From Eledone cirrhosa (lineage: Eukaryota), in the NCBI GenBank assembly GCA_964016885.1, contig OZ024748.1:14074001-14138000 (forward strand): a stretch of 64,000 nucleotides of DNA, in the 5' to 3' direction. Every line of letters begins with the position of its first letter. The stretch's first letter is position 1. The notes under the pieces were generated by a model. It searched no databases. It saw nothing but the letters and a program-made list of their open reading frames with translations, and was not told the DNA's origin. Of this stretch, positions 1 to 13,842 are shown piece after piece. Made by a program: the position numbers and the translations under genes.

Positions 1-164
1 AATAAGGATGATGTTATTGATGGTATTGTAAGTGTTGATGATAATGATAAGAAAGTTGTAGAATATTGGTCCAACTAATTGAATAAAAGCATTCTTTTTA
101 AAAAAGCAATCGTGTTGACAAATTAAATACAAAAGACAGTATCAATCATTGTCAAATTACTTTT

Positions 165-735
<571 letters not shown>

Positions 736-815
736 GTATGTATATGTGCGTGTTTGGGTGCACAGCCTAACAGGTATTTGTATTCATGTTTTTCTGCATC
801 AGTCTATATATATAT

Positions 816-1004
816 GAAAAGAGTCAGGACCCGGATGGCTGAACCGGCCCATTCGACATCTAGATTCGACAGCTAGCTGTCGAGACTGCCGGAGCTCAAC
901 CGTCAGGGTCCTGACTCTTTTCCTATAACCCACTCTACTACCCTAAGTATCGAGTACTCTGGTACGTTATGGTCCACCTGGTATCTTACAACACCTTCTT
1001 TGTG
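816..1004 (+). mobile_element. TA-embedded palindromic element, family P1 (putative PLE terminal-repeat derivative), copy 1
   Basis: GAAAAGAGTCAGGACC...GGTCCTGACTCTTTTC inverted arms (816-922) plus ~80 bp single-copy tail; homologous to 13201-13390, 34271-34468 and 40540-40648; flanked by TA on both sides. Confidence 0.75.
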
Positions 1005-4000
1005 ATATATATATGTCTGTGTGTGTTTGTGTGTGTGAAAGGAGAGAGAGAGAGACACACACACACACACACACACAGATATAGGGAGATAGTGTTATGT
1101 GATAAAGATATATAATAATGTTAACAGACTTATGCCATGTTAGTATTATGCGATGAGAGATCCACCTCTAATGAACCGGACTATGCGGAAGCGATAAATA
1201 AGAGGAGAGAACCTTCCGGTAGGTTTAGCTTTTTGCAATAAGATTCCGTTTTAACTACAGGCTACGTTGAAGTAATTCATAATGTCATTACAACAGCTAT
1301 ATCAACGTTTTTCATTGGTTAGTCACATTAAATTACATCTGTGACTGCTACATTAATGGCATTACTCCAGCTCTTTAAATATAACTTAGTTTCCTTGATT
1401 CAGTGCAACCAACCTTCCTTCCCTTTTGAAATTCTTCGTCTCTTCTCTACTTACTTCCTTACTGTACATCTCAACTATAGAACTCACCTCTTTTCTTGTG
1501 GCTTCAGGCGTCTCTCTACCTACTCAATAGTTTTTAGCCGTTTTCCCAAAGATCTCGTTTCTCGATAGATATTAACTCCGTTATTGATCTGTCATGCATT
1601 TGGCACCGATTCCTACTTATGACAAGTGATTCGAGATCACATATGCTATTGTGTGGTATTAGGTCATTAATGAATGAAGCGTTTTCAAGCAGTGTGAAAC
1701 TGGAGCAAGCAAATCACAAAGTATTTAGAAGATACCATTCTTCTGATATTTGGCACCAATTCACACATATGACAGACAATTTGGAGGTCGCATATACTAT
1801 TGCAGTGTTTATTCATTAAAGAATGCTTCGTTTTCAAACTGTTTGACATTAGAGGAAGTATGTAACTAAAGTATACAAGAGAGTTAATTCTTCTGTGAGT
1901 TTGAACTAACTACTTAAATTTGCGAAATATTCCGAGCGTATGAAACGTCCTCTGATCAGTTACTACCTTGCTAGAAATAGCATTGATATCTCCCTCAAAT
2001 CACACCTACACAGATGTTATATATGCTGTATAACTACATAGAATGAAGAGATATCTAATTTGTTTCCCTTTAAATGAGAGTGAAAGCAGCATACCCTAAA
2101 GCTATATTAGTTCACTTTACAATCGTCATTTCTCAGGATCGACCCCACCATATAGAATTTGGGGCAGAATAATTTACCACGGCCTTGTTAGTGAAATTGG
2201 ATAAACAGAAACTGTTTGGAGGTCCGTTGATTGAACTATGTCTGCAATTCAAAGCTGCAGCATTGTCAAATATTGCGCCATACTGACTCTTCCTGAGAAT
2301 TTCTTTAAGTGTACACGTGTACAAGGAGAGTTCAACTCCATTGCACGTTAACTTCCTGCGCAAGCTCTTCTATTGATTCAACAACTGGACCACTCATCAT
2401 CAAAACCGACGAAAGTCCATTGTCCATTCCAAGCAAGAGACGTGTGTGTGTGCGACTGTGCTGTCTCCAAAGGTAGACTTTTAACGTAATCTCTCGTTTA
2501 TGACATAGAATAGATAAGTTTAAAATTAGTTCAAATTGTTGATGTTTATTTTGACCTCATATGTGTCCAGTCTAATCCTCGCTAAGAAGGATCATGTTAA
2601 TGCAAACAGTACAGTTATATGAATTGTAGATTAGTAATAAACTCTAAGATTAGAGACTAATCGCCGTTAATCCTCCGTACGAATCGCTTAAGTAAATAAA
2701 AGTTCGCCAGAAAGTTGCTAAAAATGTTTCGTCTTTTGGAAATTCAGCTTTGTATTCAAATCAGGAAGCATTAAGATAATGTATTTTGTGTCGTTCGATT
2801 TGGTTTGGTACAGAATGAAAACTAGATTCTTCTCGTAAATAATGATAGAAACTTGTTAGAGTGTGAAAGTAAGAATTCTCAGTGCCAAGAAAATAACGTG
2901 GTTCTTTTTTTTTTATTTCACATATATAATCTTCTAAAAAAATGCATGCCCTAAATAGCATCCTTAAGTGTAAGAGGTGATGTATAGAGATTTTACTACT
3001 TCTTTCGAGTCTCTAATAAGTATATAAGTAAATTCAACGTAGTGTTAACATGGCGGTTTTATCTCCACACTTGTTCAATTATTTCTACTGTCAAACACCC
3101 GAGTAGCCATTTTGTATTATAGTTTTGTTTTGTTATATTTTATTTTTCCGCTCGCGTGTTTACGTTTTCGACCAATCCACAAAAAGGTATCGGTAATTGT
3201 GCTTATCTTGCCGAAAAATCACGTATTTTATCAAGATTTCCGTCTAGACTTGTTGTTTAAATTGCTACTAAAATGTGTGTTAAGAATATTTCAAAAATAT
3301 TACATAGGAGATCTAATTGCTTCCTTTCTCATTAAAACACACTACATTTTCTTTGCTAATTGACTATATTTCAAAACAACTCGTTTGTATTTTCTTCTTT
3401 TTTTTTCTTTGGTTTCAACGTTTTTCCTTTTGTAATTGGTTTTATGTCGATGCTATCAGTTTGCTGTCTGCATAATTTAGTTCCAACAAGTTAGTATATA
3501 TAGTAGAAATTTAGAAACTTACTTGAATAAAATTGTCGCTTTCAATTTACAATACTATATAACCTTAACCTATGTAATTTTCAACTCGGTGCACAATATA
3601 CAGGATATATTAAATACGTCTGACAACATGTTAGCAGTACCGCCATTACAGTGAATGGTATTTCAGTCTTTTGTGAATAGAAAACAACTCTCTTGTTTTT
3701 ATCACAACATTTTAATGTGTAGTGTTTAACTTTGATTTTTTCCCCCGTTTTAATCAGTGTTTTAGTTGAAAAGAAACATAGAAATTATTTGATCATACAA
3801 TGTTTTGCGGGTGTTTCGTTGAGAGTTGAGAAAATGAATGTCATTTCTGGGATAATCAGTATTCTATTCAGTTTTATGAAATAGTAAGCTGGTAACTGTT
3901 ACATTCAGCACTTTACTGTGTAATGGAATCAGTTCTTGGAGGCGCAGAGGGAATATTTAGCGTGTGACACTGTCTCTAGAGAGAGAGAGTCTCCTACTGG

Positions 4001-4774
4001 TTGAAGTGTCCTAAACATACAATATACCATGGTAGTACTTCTATTTCTTCATCAAGATTTAAGGGGTCTTGAAACAGTTAGACGGTGCCTGGTTGGGAAA
4101 GGATAACCGGAGAAATAACTCGAAATCACACGATTTCTAAGATAATTAGATAATATTATCTATTCAGTTGTTAAAACTGGTGCGGTGCAGGTTTATAAAA
4201 TGCCCTAGAAAAACCGTGCGTTAATACGGCGCCCCTACGAACCCCTCGGGAGATGCATTCAAGCAGTTTGGGATTGAACATTTAGCAGCAAATTTCAACC
4301 AACTGATCAAAGATAAACATGAATCTATTCAGTAATCCAGATGTAACAGTGGTAACTTTACACAGGTTTTAAATGAATAATTAAAACGATTATGGAGGCT
4401 CAATTAAATGTGAATGTTTAACAGAGATCTCAATAATGAAGGGCTAAATATAGATGTAGAAATGGTAGGCTACCACACAACGGAATATTATAACCTCAAA
4501 CCTTCAAAAAGATGAATATATTTTAAAAGAATCGTCTGGTATTATATTGAGGAACTTGACAGATATCATAAGAATTTCTAATGAAAATTATCAAGCTATA
4601 TAAACTTTTAGCATTTATTGTAATTTTTACGAAACACACATTTATTTTTCAAAGCTGTTTATACAAAAGCAAAACACTATTAAAGGGAACAAAGTAAAAA
4701 GGAAATAAAAAGGAAATGAAAAGAAAAAAAGGTATAAACGAATCAAGCAAAGAAGGAAAAAGTGAGAGAGTGAG

Positions 4775-5060
4775 GGACATGCACTACACCCCAGCCAGAG
4801 CGGTGCGTTGTCTCTCCCCACCCGTTGTAACAGCCACCCCATCTCGGGGCTCCCTCTCGAAGCAGACCGCCGTCTTTCCGATTTTACAGAGGATATCAGC
4901 AATGTGAGGGCCAAGAACAGCAGGGGTCTCGACGGAGACCGGTACAAAAAAGAAAGCTGTCAGTTACAACTCGTTATTTAACTATCGTCCTCTCATCTGC
5001 ATTGTGGGCAGCGGAGCCCGGGTCTGTGGCAGAAGCGACAGGGCTGGTGGGTGTTAAGTA
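4775..5060 (-). pseudogene. Decayed C-terminal fragment of a CRE-like (RLE-endonuclease) non-LTR retrotransposon
   Basis: Minus strand with frameshifts/stop: SATDPGSAAHNADER..K*..F / VPVSVETPAVLGP..DILCKIGK / EPR / EMGWLLQRV..DNA; resembles the CRE-type motif AA..AE..K..KY...F.P.A.ET.G..G...RE..WL.QR....GNA. Confidence 0.65.
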
Positions 5061-5092
5061 TCACGTCTTATTTAAAATATTTTGTCAAAGAA

Positions 5093-5284
5093 ATAATTTG
5101 TTCTACTTTTGGCACAATGCCAGCAATTATCCCAGTGCATTACTGGTACTTTATTTTATAGACCCCATAAGGGTGAAAAGTAAAGTTCACCTCAGCGGGA
5201 TTTGAACTCAGACCGTAAAGGGACGTAACTATGCTGAAAATAATAGAGTCCGACCCTTTACCGATACTGCCAATCCACCGCCCT
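5093..5284 (-). mobile_element. tRNA-derived SINE, family S1
   Basis: Reverse complement of GGGCGGTGGATTGGCAGTATCGG (A box) ... GAGTTCAAATCCCG (B box), central CTTTCATCCTTACGGGGTCGATAAAATAAAGTACCAG-like domain, AAGTAGAA tail. Confidence 0.9.
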
Positions 5285-5431
5285 TTGTCAAGGAAATAAT
5301 GAGATAATCTTGCTTAACTATGTAACGTTTCCTTTCATTCTTGATTTTAATTATGAACTTTTCACCAGAAGAATATTCAAGTTACAATTATTTCAGGATT
5401 AAAATCATATTACGGTTATATTTATATCATT

Positions 5432-5551
5432 ACGACCACGTAAGGATGAAAGGCTGAGTTTAACTTTGCCTTTCATCCTTACGGGGTCGATAAAATAAAG
5501 TACCAGTAATACACTGGGATAATTGCTGGCCAAAAGTAGAAACAATTATTA
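5432..5551 (+). mobile_element. 5'-truncated SINE S1 with short 5' inversion
   Basis: 3' half of S1; preceded by CGTAAGGATGAAAGGC, the reverse complement of its own GCCTTTCATCCTTACG. Confidence 0.8.
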
Positions 5552-5634
5552 CGAAAGAGGATTGTGTTGTGTAAATGTCACATCAGTCTTCAGCTGTGAT
5601 ATTTCTGTCGCTGTAGTTGCTTTTGTTGATGCTG

Positions 5635-8600
5635 TTATTGTTGCAGTTGATGTTTTATTGTGATTGCTGCAGTTGATGCTGTATTGTTATTGCTGCTGTT
5701 GATGCTGTATTGTGACTGCTGCAGTTGATGTTGTATTGTGACTGCTGCAGTTGATGTTGTTTTGTGATTGTTGCAGTTGATGTTGTTTTGTGATTGCTGC
5801 AGTTGATGATGTATTGTGATTGCTGCAGTAGATGTTGTATTGTGATTGCTGCAGTTGATGCTGTATTGTGATTGCTGCCGTTGATGTATTGTATTGTGAT
5901 TGCTGCAGTTGATGTTGTATCGTGATTGCTGCAGTTGATGTTGTATTGTGATTGCTGCAGTTGATGTATTGTATTGTGATTGCTGCAGTTGATGTATTGT
6001 ATTGTGATTGCTGCAGTTGATGTATTGTATTGTGATTGCTGCAGTTGATATTGTATTGTGATTGCTGCAGTTGATGTTGTATTGTGATTGCTGCAGTTGA
6101 TGTTGTATTGTGATTGCTGCAGTTGATGTTGTATTGTGATTGCTGCAGTTGATGTTGTATTGTGATTGCTGCTGTTGATGTTGTATTGTGATTGCTGCTG
6201 TTGATGCTGTATTGTGATTGCTGCTGTTGATGCTGTATCGTGATTGCTGCAGTTGATGCTGTATTGTGATTGCTGCAGTTGATGTTGTATTGTGATTGCT
6301 GTTGTTGATGTTGTATTGTGATTGTTGCAGTTGATATTGTATGTTGATTGCTGCAGTTGATATTGTATGTTGATTGCTGCCGTTGATGTATTGTATTGTG
6401 ATTGCTGCCGTTGATGTTGTATTGTTATTGCTGCAGTTGATGAATTGTATTGTTATTGCTGCAGTTGATGTATTGTATTGTGATTGCTGCAGTTGATGAA
6501 TTATATTGTGATTGTTGCAGTTGATGCTGTATTGTGATTGCTGCAGTTGATGTTGTATTGTGATTGCTGCTGTTGATGCTGTATTGTGATTGCTGCAGTT
6601 GATGCTGTATTGTGATTGCTGCAGTTGATGTTGTATTGTGATTGCTGCAGTTGATGTTGTATTGTGATTGCTGCAGTTGATATTGTATTGTGATTGCTGC
6701 AGTTGATGTTGTATTGTGATTGCTGCTGTTGATGTTGTATTGTGATTGCTGCTGTTGATGCTGTATTGTGATTGCTGCAGTTGATGTATTGTATTGTGAT
6801 TGCTGCTGTTGATGTTGTATTGTGATTGCTGCAGTTGATGTTGTATTGTGATTGTTGCAGTTGATGTTGTATTGTGATTGTTGCAGTTGATGTTGTATTG
6901 TGATTGTTGCAGTTGATGTATTTTATTGTGATTGTTGCAGTTGATGTATTGTATCGTGATTGCTGCAGTTGATGTTGTATTGTGATTGCTGCAGTTGATG
7001 TATTGTATTGTGATTGCTGCAGTTGATATTGTATTGTGATTGCTGCAGTTGATGTTGTATTGTGATTGCTGCAGTTGATGTTGTATTGTGATTGCTGCAG
7101 TTGATGTTGTATTGTGATTGCTGCTGATGTTGTATTGTGATTGCTGCTGTTGATGCTGTATTGTGATTGCTGTTGTTGATGTTGTATTATGATTGCTGTT
7201 GTTGATGTTGTATTGTGATTGTTGCAGTTGATATTGTATGTTGATTGCTGCAGTTGATGTTGTATCGTGATTGCTGCAGTTGATGTTGTATTGTGATTGC
7301 TGCAGTTGATGTATTGTATTGTGATTGCTGCAGTTGATGTATTGTATTGTGATTGCTGCAGTTGATGTATTGTATTGTGATTGCTGCAGTTGATATTGTA
7401 TTGTGATTGCTGCAGTTGATATTGTATTGTGATTGCTGCAGTTGATGTTGTATTGTGATTGCTGCAGTTGATGTTGTATTGTGATTGCTGCAGTTGATGT
7501 TGTATTGTGATTGCTGCAGTTGATGTTGTATTGTGATTGCTGCTGTTGATGTTGTATTGTGATTGCTGCTGTTGATGCTGTATTGTGATTGCTGCTGTTG
7601 ATGCTGTATCGTGATTGCTGCAGTTGATGCTGTATTGTGATTGCTGCAGTTGATGTTGTATTGTGATTGCTGTTGTTGATGTTGTATTGTGATTGTTGCA
7701 GTTGATATTGTATGTTGATTGCTGCAGTTGATATTGTATGTTGATTGCTGCAGTTGATGTTGTATTGTGATTGCTGCCGTTGATGTTGTATTGTTATTGC
7801 TGCAGTTGATGAATTGTATTGTTATTGCTGCAGTTGATGTATTGTATTGTGATTGCTGCAGTTGATGAATTATATTGTGATTGTTGCAGTTGATGCTGTA
7901 TTGTGATTGCTGCAGTTGATGTTGTATTGTGATTGCTGCTGTTGATGCTGTATTGTGATTGCTGCAGTTGATGCTGTATTGTGATTGCTGCAGTTGATGT
8001 TGTATTGTGATTGCTGCAGTTGATATTGTATTGTGATTGCTGCAGTTGATGTTGTATTGTGATTGCTGCAGTTGATGTTGTATTGTGATTGCTGCTGTTG
8101 ATGTTGTATTGTGATTGCTGCTGTTGATGCTGTATTGTGATTGCTGCAGTTGATGTATTGTATTGTGATTGCTGCTGTTGATGTTGTATTGTGATTGCTG
8201 CAGTTGATGTTGTATTGTGATTGTTGCAGTTGATGTTGTATTGTGATTGTTGCAGTTGATGTTGTATTGTGATTGTTGCAGTTGATGTTGTATTGTGATT
8301 GTTGCAGTTGATGTATTTTATTGTGATTGTTGCAGTTGATGTATTGTATCGTGATTGCTGCAGTTGATGTTGTATTGTGATTGCTGCAGTTGATGTATTG
8401 TATTGTGATTGCTGCAGTTGATATTGTATTGTGATTGCTGCAGTTGATGTTGTATTGTGATTGCTGCAGTTGATGTTGTATTGTGATTGCTGCTGATGTT
8501 GTATTGTGATTGCTGCTGTTGATGCTGTATTGTGATTGCTGTTGTTGATGTTGTATTATGATTGCTGTTGTTGATGTTGTATTGTGATTGTTGCAGTTGA

Positions 8601-9210
8601 TATTGTATGTTGATTGCTGCAGTTGATGTTGTATTGTGATTGTTGCAGTTGATGTTGTATTGTGATTGCTGCAGTTGATGTTGTATTATGATTGCTGCTG
8701 TTGATATTGTATTGTGATTGCTGCAGTTGATGTTGTATTGTGATTGCTGCCGTTGATGTTGTATTGTGATTGCTGCCGTTGATGTTGTATTGTTATTGCT
8801 GCAGTTGATGAATTGTATTGTTATTGCTGCAGTTGATGTATTGTATTGTGATTGCTGCAGTTGATGAATTATATTGTGATTGTTGCTGTTGATGCTGTAT
8901 TGTGATTGCTGCAGTTGATGTTGTATTGTGATTGCTGCAGTTGATGTTGTATTGTGATTGCTGCTGTTGATGCTGTATTGTGATTGTTGCAGTTGATGTT
9001 GTATTGTGATTGCTGCAGTTGATGTATTGTATTGTGATTGCTGCAGTTGATGTTGTATTGTGATTGCTGCTGTTGATGCTGTATTGTGATTGCTGCAGTT
9101 GATGTTGTATTATGATTGCTGTTGTTGATGTATTGTGATTGCTGCAGTTGATGTTGTATTGTGATTGCTGCAGTTGATGTTGTATTGTGATTGCTGCAGT
9201 TGGTGTATTG
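5635..9210. repeat. 26-bp minisatellite (GTTGATGTTGTATTGTGATTGCTGCA)n with a ~1.37-kb higher-order repeat
   Basis: Well over 100 tandem units, including 28-bp variants; rare variant units recur at ~1370-bp spacing. Confidence 0.97.
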
Positions 9211-9307
9211 TAGTTGCTGCTGTTATTCTTGATGATAATGATGCATTTGCTGGCGTAGACAACGAGGGCGGTGATGAGGACGAGGATGGGGATGGTGGTG
9301 ACATTTA

Positions 9308-9652
9308 AGGAGGAAAAGTAAGTGGAAGGAGTGGAGGAAGGGAGGTGGAATAAGGGAGGAGGAGGGGGACGAAAGGAGGATGTGGAATAGGAGGAGGAAG
9401 ATAGGTGGAAGAAGGGAGGAGTATGAAAAGGAGGATGAATAGGAGGAGGAGGAGGAGAATGAAGATGAGGAGGATGAAGATGAGGAGGAGAAGGAGTAGG
9501 ATAAAGAGAGGAAGAGGAGGAAGAGGAGGAAGAGGAGGAATAGGAAGAGGAGGAATAGGAAGAGGAGGAATAGGAGGAATAGGAAGAGGAGGAAGAGGAG
9601 GAAGAGGAAGAGGAGGAAGAGGAGGAAAAGGAAGTGGAAGAGGAGGTGGAGG
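9308..9652 (+). repeat. Purine-rich (GGA/GAA) low-complexity tract
   Basis: Nearly all purines: AGGAGGAAGAGGAGGAATAGG repeats. Confidence 0.95.
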
Positions 9653-9776
9653 GCATATCACCACAGTAATTTCTATTTACTGTGCCTAAATTAGAATCCA
9701 TTATTATTATTATTAATATTATTATTATTACAATCAATTAAATATAGAATATTAAATGTTGAAGAACAGTCTCAAA

Positions 9777-9815
9777 TTGCGACATGTTTCGTACTTATAA
9801 GACCTCATCATCGAA
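9777..9815 (-). ncRNA. Possible degenerate minimal hammerhead ribozyme relic
   Basis: Minus strand: ATGATGA-GGTCTT at AAGTAC-GAAA-CATG-TC; core C3 mutated, stem II and stem I mismatched. Confidence 0.3.
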
Positions 9816-11329
9816 GTATAATAATCCAATGGTATTTCCAGTTGTTAGACTCAGTAGCGAATATAATATTTTAGTGAACAGAACGTGATAACTTGAAAAG
9901 AAAAGTGACTACAGTAAAACACCCTTAGACGCCTCCAGGAGTTCCTCTTTAAGAAATCTGTACGTGTACATGACATTTTCTCAATAGAGTGTAAATAATA
10001 GAAAAGTACTAGACTGTAACTAATACAAACATATTGGAGGCCAGTGACATCCTTAATTATAGGTTTGGGATAATTCATGCTGTGTGGCTGCAGATTTAAA
10101 GATACATAGAGAGAATTATATAAAACAAAATAACAAGTAAGACACGGAAAAATATTTAAAAATATTACCAACACTGTCTGCTTGAATTTATGCAACATTG
10201 ATTTAAATATTTTATTGTAGTGTGTGTATTTTTCGTTTTCTTTTTATTATGCCGGGAAAATATTATATAGTCTAGTACCTCTGATCTGATATTTCTTCGA
10301 ATTGCAGGTTATTGCAAGGCTCTTCTATTGGTTACAAATAAATATATATTTAGAGATGTTCTTCTATGCAATATTACAGAGGGGAATGCAGGCGAAAATT
10401 GATGTGGTTTATTTTAGGAGAAAAAGGAAAAGAAAATGCAAAGACAAAAGCAGAAACAACGACTAGCAAAGAAATAGATCTTGCGTCGATTTTTAATATC
10501 GATTCTTAATGGTCGGTTTTCGTGAAAAGCCTCTTCGCCTCCTCTATATTGCTATCCGCCTACCATCTTATTAGTTGGTCTCCAATCTCTTCTTCCTCAC
10601 TTTCTTTTCCCCCTTCATCATCATCATCCCCTACGTCTTCTCCGCTTTCTCTTCCTTCGTCGTTTTCCTCCTCTTCATCACCTTTTCCTTCACCACCTTC
10701 TTCCCCATATTGAGAAATCGCCTGCCAATCTTAAGTATATAGATGCACAGTTTAGAAAAATCAGTGCCTTGTATTTTTGAACAAACAGAGGAACCAAAGA
10801 TCTTGGTAACATTTTAATTCCAATAAATCCATATCGTTTTCCACTGGTGTTGCTTTAAATGAAGCACAAAGGGAATTTGCAGGGGTTTCTTACACTAAGT
10901 AGAACAGCCATTGTTCGATGAAACCATTTCATTGAAAGAGCTAGCCAAATATTTAATTACTTCCAAGATGGCACCAACTCTTTCCTGATGCTTTCCAACA
11001 CAATCGTGTATTATTTCTTCGCAGCCAAACAGGATAATTTTCGAGAAACGTCTGAAAGAAAAGCTCGCCGTCCCAGCGGAGAGACATAAATCTATAACTG
11101 TTCTCTTTTTGATTATGGATGTAATATAATAAAAATAACCATTTATGTTTAGTCCATAGATTTCCCATTATAGAGCGACGACCATTGAATAGAAACAAAC
11201 TAGCAAAGTTGGAGCAAATATGTTAAGTTTTCTTTACAAATTCCTATTGTGTCGTTCGCTTGCTGCTATTATTTCACTAGTCAAATCAACTACCAACATA
11301 GTAGTTAATAGTCTGTATCTTATGTGTCT

Positions 11330-11716
11330 ATACAAATATACTGAGAGACAAACAGACAAATACACAAACATATATACACATATACACACACACAAATATA
11401 TATATATACATATACATGCGTTTATAAGCGTGTATATGTAACTCGTGTATTTATACATATATACATATACACACACATATATATATATATATCCATACAT
11501 ATATATATATATATATATATATAAACATGCACACACATACATACATACATACATACATACATGCATACGTACATTTATAGATATACACATATATATATAT
11601 AAATATATACACACATTTATACAGATATATATACATAAATATATACACATATATACACATATATATACATAAATATATACACATAAATATATACACATAT
11701 ATATACATAAATATAT

Positions 11717-11761
<45 letters not shown>

Positions 11762-11800
11762 AATATATACACATACATACATGCACATATACATACACAC
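11330..11800. repeat. Degenerate (TA)/(CA) microsatellite
   Basis: Direct inspection. Confidence 0.95.
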
Positions 11801-12407
11801 GCTGTAGTAGTAGTAGTATTAGTTGCATTATTGTAGTGGTTGTCACCTAACAGGATTTAGTTGAATCAAGATGAAACTTTGTTCACTTGAGATTAAGTTC
11901 TTCCGATAATATTTGCTTATAAACTTAAACTTCACAGCTAAACATTTTACTGCAAAGTCGCCATTTAGAAGTAGAAAACACACGTTATATTATTGAACAT
12001 ACGTCTAACTTCTACGGAATTATTCTCAATACAATAGACAGCTATTTTTATTTAAACTGGGCAGTTATAGACGTAGATTCAACAGTAGTAATATCTGTCT
12101 TGGAATAAAACTATATTTAAGAAGTAAATCTAAATACGTTGCTATATATTTCGTTAAGTAAACATCAAATATTTAATCGTATTATCGTACTGTTCAATTA
12201 ACGACTGTCTATTCTATTTCTAACTATGAATATAAACATTAATACTCGTTTGTTTTGCATCTTAATTACCTCCGGGTGTTCTTTTGTAATTTCCTCTGAT
12301 CGTAGTTGATTATGAGACCACCACCCCACATACCCGCAATGACAACTACTAGTACAATATTTATAGACTTACCTACATACATATAAACGCATACATATAT
12401 AGATTTA

Positions 12408-12477
<70 letters not shown>
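12408..12477. repeat. (GT)n-(AG)n microsatellite
   Basis: Direct inspection. Confidence 0.95.
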
Positions 12478-12482
<5 letters not shown>

Positions 12483-13077
12483 ATGTATACATCTATATAT
12501 ATATACACACAGAGACACTTGTATGTATACATACATAAGTCCGTATGTATAATGAAGAAGTCATGATTATTTTGTGGGGACATCCTGCGTATATACAAAC
12601 TGAGAAATAATATACCATCTAACACTTCCCGGCATAAATATTTCAGGGAAATGTCCTATGTGTAGTAGCAGAAGCATATATAGTTATATAACAAAATATA
12701 TTTGCTAACATTTGGATCCTCCTGCACAGACTTGATCTAACTGCGACAACAGTTCACTCCAATTTAAATACAAATGTCTGTGAGATGTACTGATAAGGTT
12801 TATAATCATCTTAGCGTGTATCTACATACGGTTTGGAAAAAGTAAAAAATTCAAACCATTGAAATATTATTTAGATAACAAACGAGGCTTTAATTTTTAC
12901 GTTAAAGTAAGAATAGTCATTTCTACAACTTCAACGACACAACATAAACTTTAAAAATGTAGTATATCCTCTTGAATGGGAAGAAGTAAACCAACATATG
13001 ACATTGCTATTACACACACACAAACGCGCGCGCGCGCACACACGCACGCACACGCACGCACACACATATATATATAT

Positions 13078-13125
13078 TAAAATAGCAGATTAAAGTTTAA
13101 GCAAAGAATCGCTGCTTTCACCCTT
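13078..13125. repeat. Short TA-adjacent dispersed repeat (second copy at 33966-34012)
   Basis: TAAAATAGCAGATTAAAGTTTAAGCAAAGAATCGCTGCTTTCACC is nearly identical at both sites, each abutting (TA)n. Confidence 0.8.
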
Positions 13126-13170
13126 ATCGAGCCCTCTTTGGATTTTAGTCTTCAAATTTATTATTATTAC

Positions 13171-13200
<30 letters not shown>

Positions 13201-13206
<6 letters not shown>

Positions 13207-13390
13207 AAAGAGAGTGTGGTAAGATACCAGGTGGACCATAACGCACCATAGTACTCAATACTTGGGGTAGTAGGCAAAGAGTCAGGACCCCGACGGCTGA
13301 GCTCCGGCCGTTTCGACAGCTAGATCCAAACAGTTCGGATATAGCTGTCGAAACGGCCGGATCTCAGCCGTCTGGGTCCTGACTTTTCTT
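13201..13390 (-). mobile_element. Palindromic element P1, copy 2 (contains the 3' half of a hammerhead motif on each arm)
   Basis: Arms 13275-13325 and 13340-13388; GCTGTC-GAAA-CGGC-(9 nt)-GCCG-TC at 13344-13372; long tail on the left; TA flanks. Confidence 0.8.
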
Positions 13391-13566
13391 ATATATATAG
13401 ACATCCTAATCAATGAAACCATTGTTAATATACTGTAAATGAAACCCATTTTTGAACTGTTGACCCTGTCATTCTTCTCTCTTTCGCTATATATATATAT
13501 GTATATATATGTATATATGTGTATATATGTGTGTGTGTGTTGGTGACAACACGGCGAAGTTTCAAT

Positions 13567-13842
13567 TACATGGTTTTATTGATTATCAAACTTACGTACA
13601 TTGTGTACGTTTCACAGATGATTGGCTCAAGGCCACATATGGAAGGTATGGACTAGATTCCAGTATCGATCTGCTAGGCAGATATGGTGATTCAACAAAA
13701 ACAATATTTTTTTACTTTTTTTTAATAACCAAATATGACGAACAAATCGATGTTGGGTGCTAGTCCAACACTTGCGTACGTAACCATGAGCCAACCATCT
13801 GTGAAACCTACGTAAGAGTGGGATAATCAATAAACCATGTAA
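13567..13842. mobile_element. Old inverted-repeat element with degenerate hammerhead motifs on both arms
   Basis: TTACATGGTTTTATTGATTATC...GTTTCACAGATGATTGGCTCA versus TGAGCCAACCATCTGTGAAAC...GATAATCAATAAACCATGTAA. Right arm: ATGACGA-ACAAAT...ATCTGT-GAAA-CCTACG-TA. Left arm (minus): GCAGAT...ATCTGT-GAAA-CGTACA-caa-TGTACG-TA. Confidence 0.6.

Noticed and set aside
5635-9210. CRISPR-like periodicity
   Set aside because: Contiguous tandem units with no unique spacers; eukaryotic context
8793-9737. 314-aa S/P/Q-rich ORF
   Set aside because: Composed of the purine tract and the 26-bp minisatellite (unit not a multiple of 3)
10720-11210. Unique-looking stretches (also 2030-2460, 21860-22500, 58480-58720) as exons or transposase
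   Set aside because: No recognisable protein motif in any frame by eye; a BLASTX search would be needed
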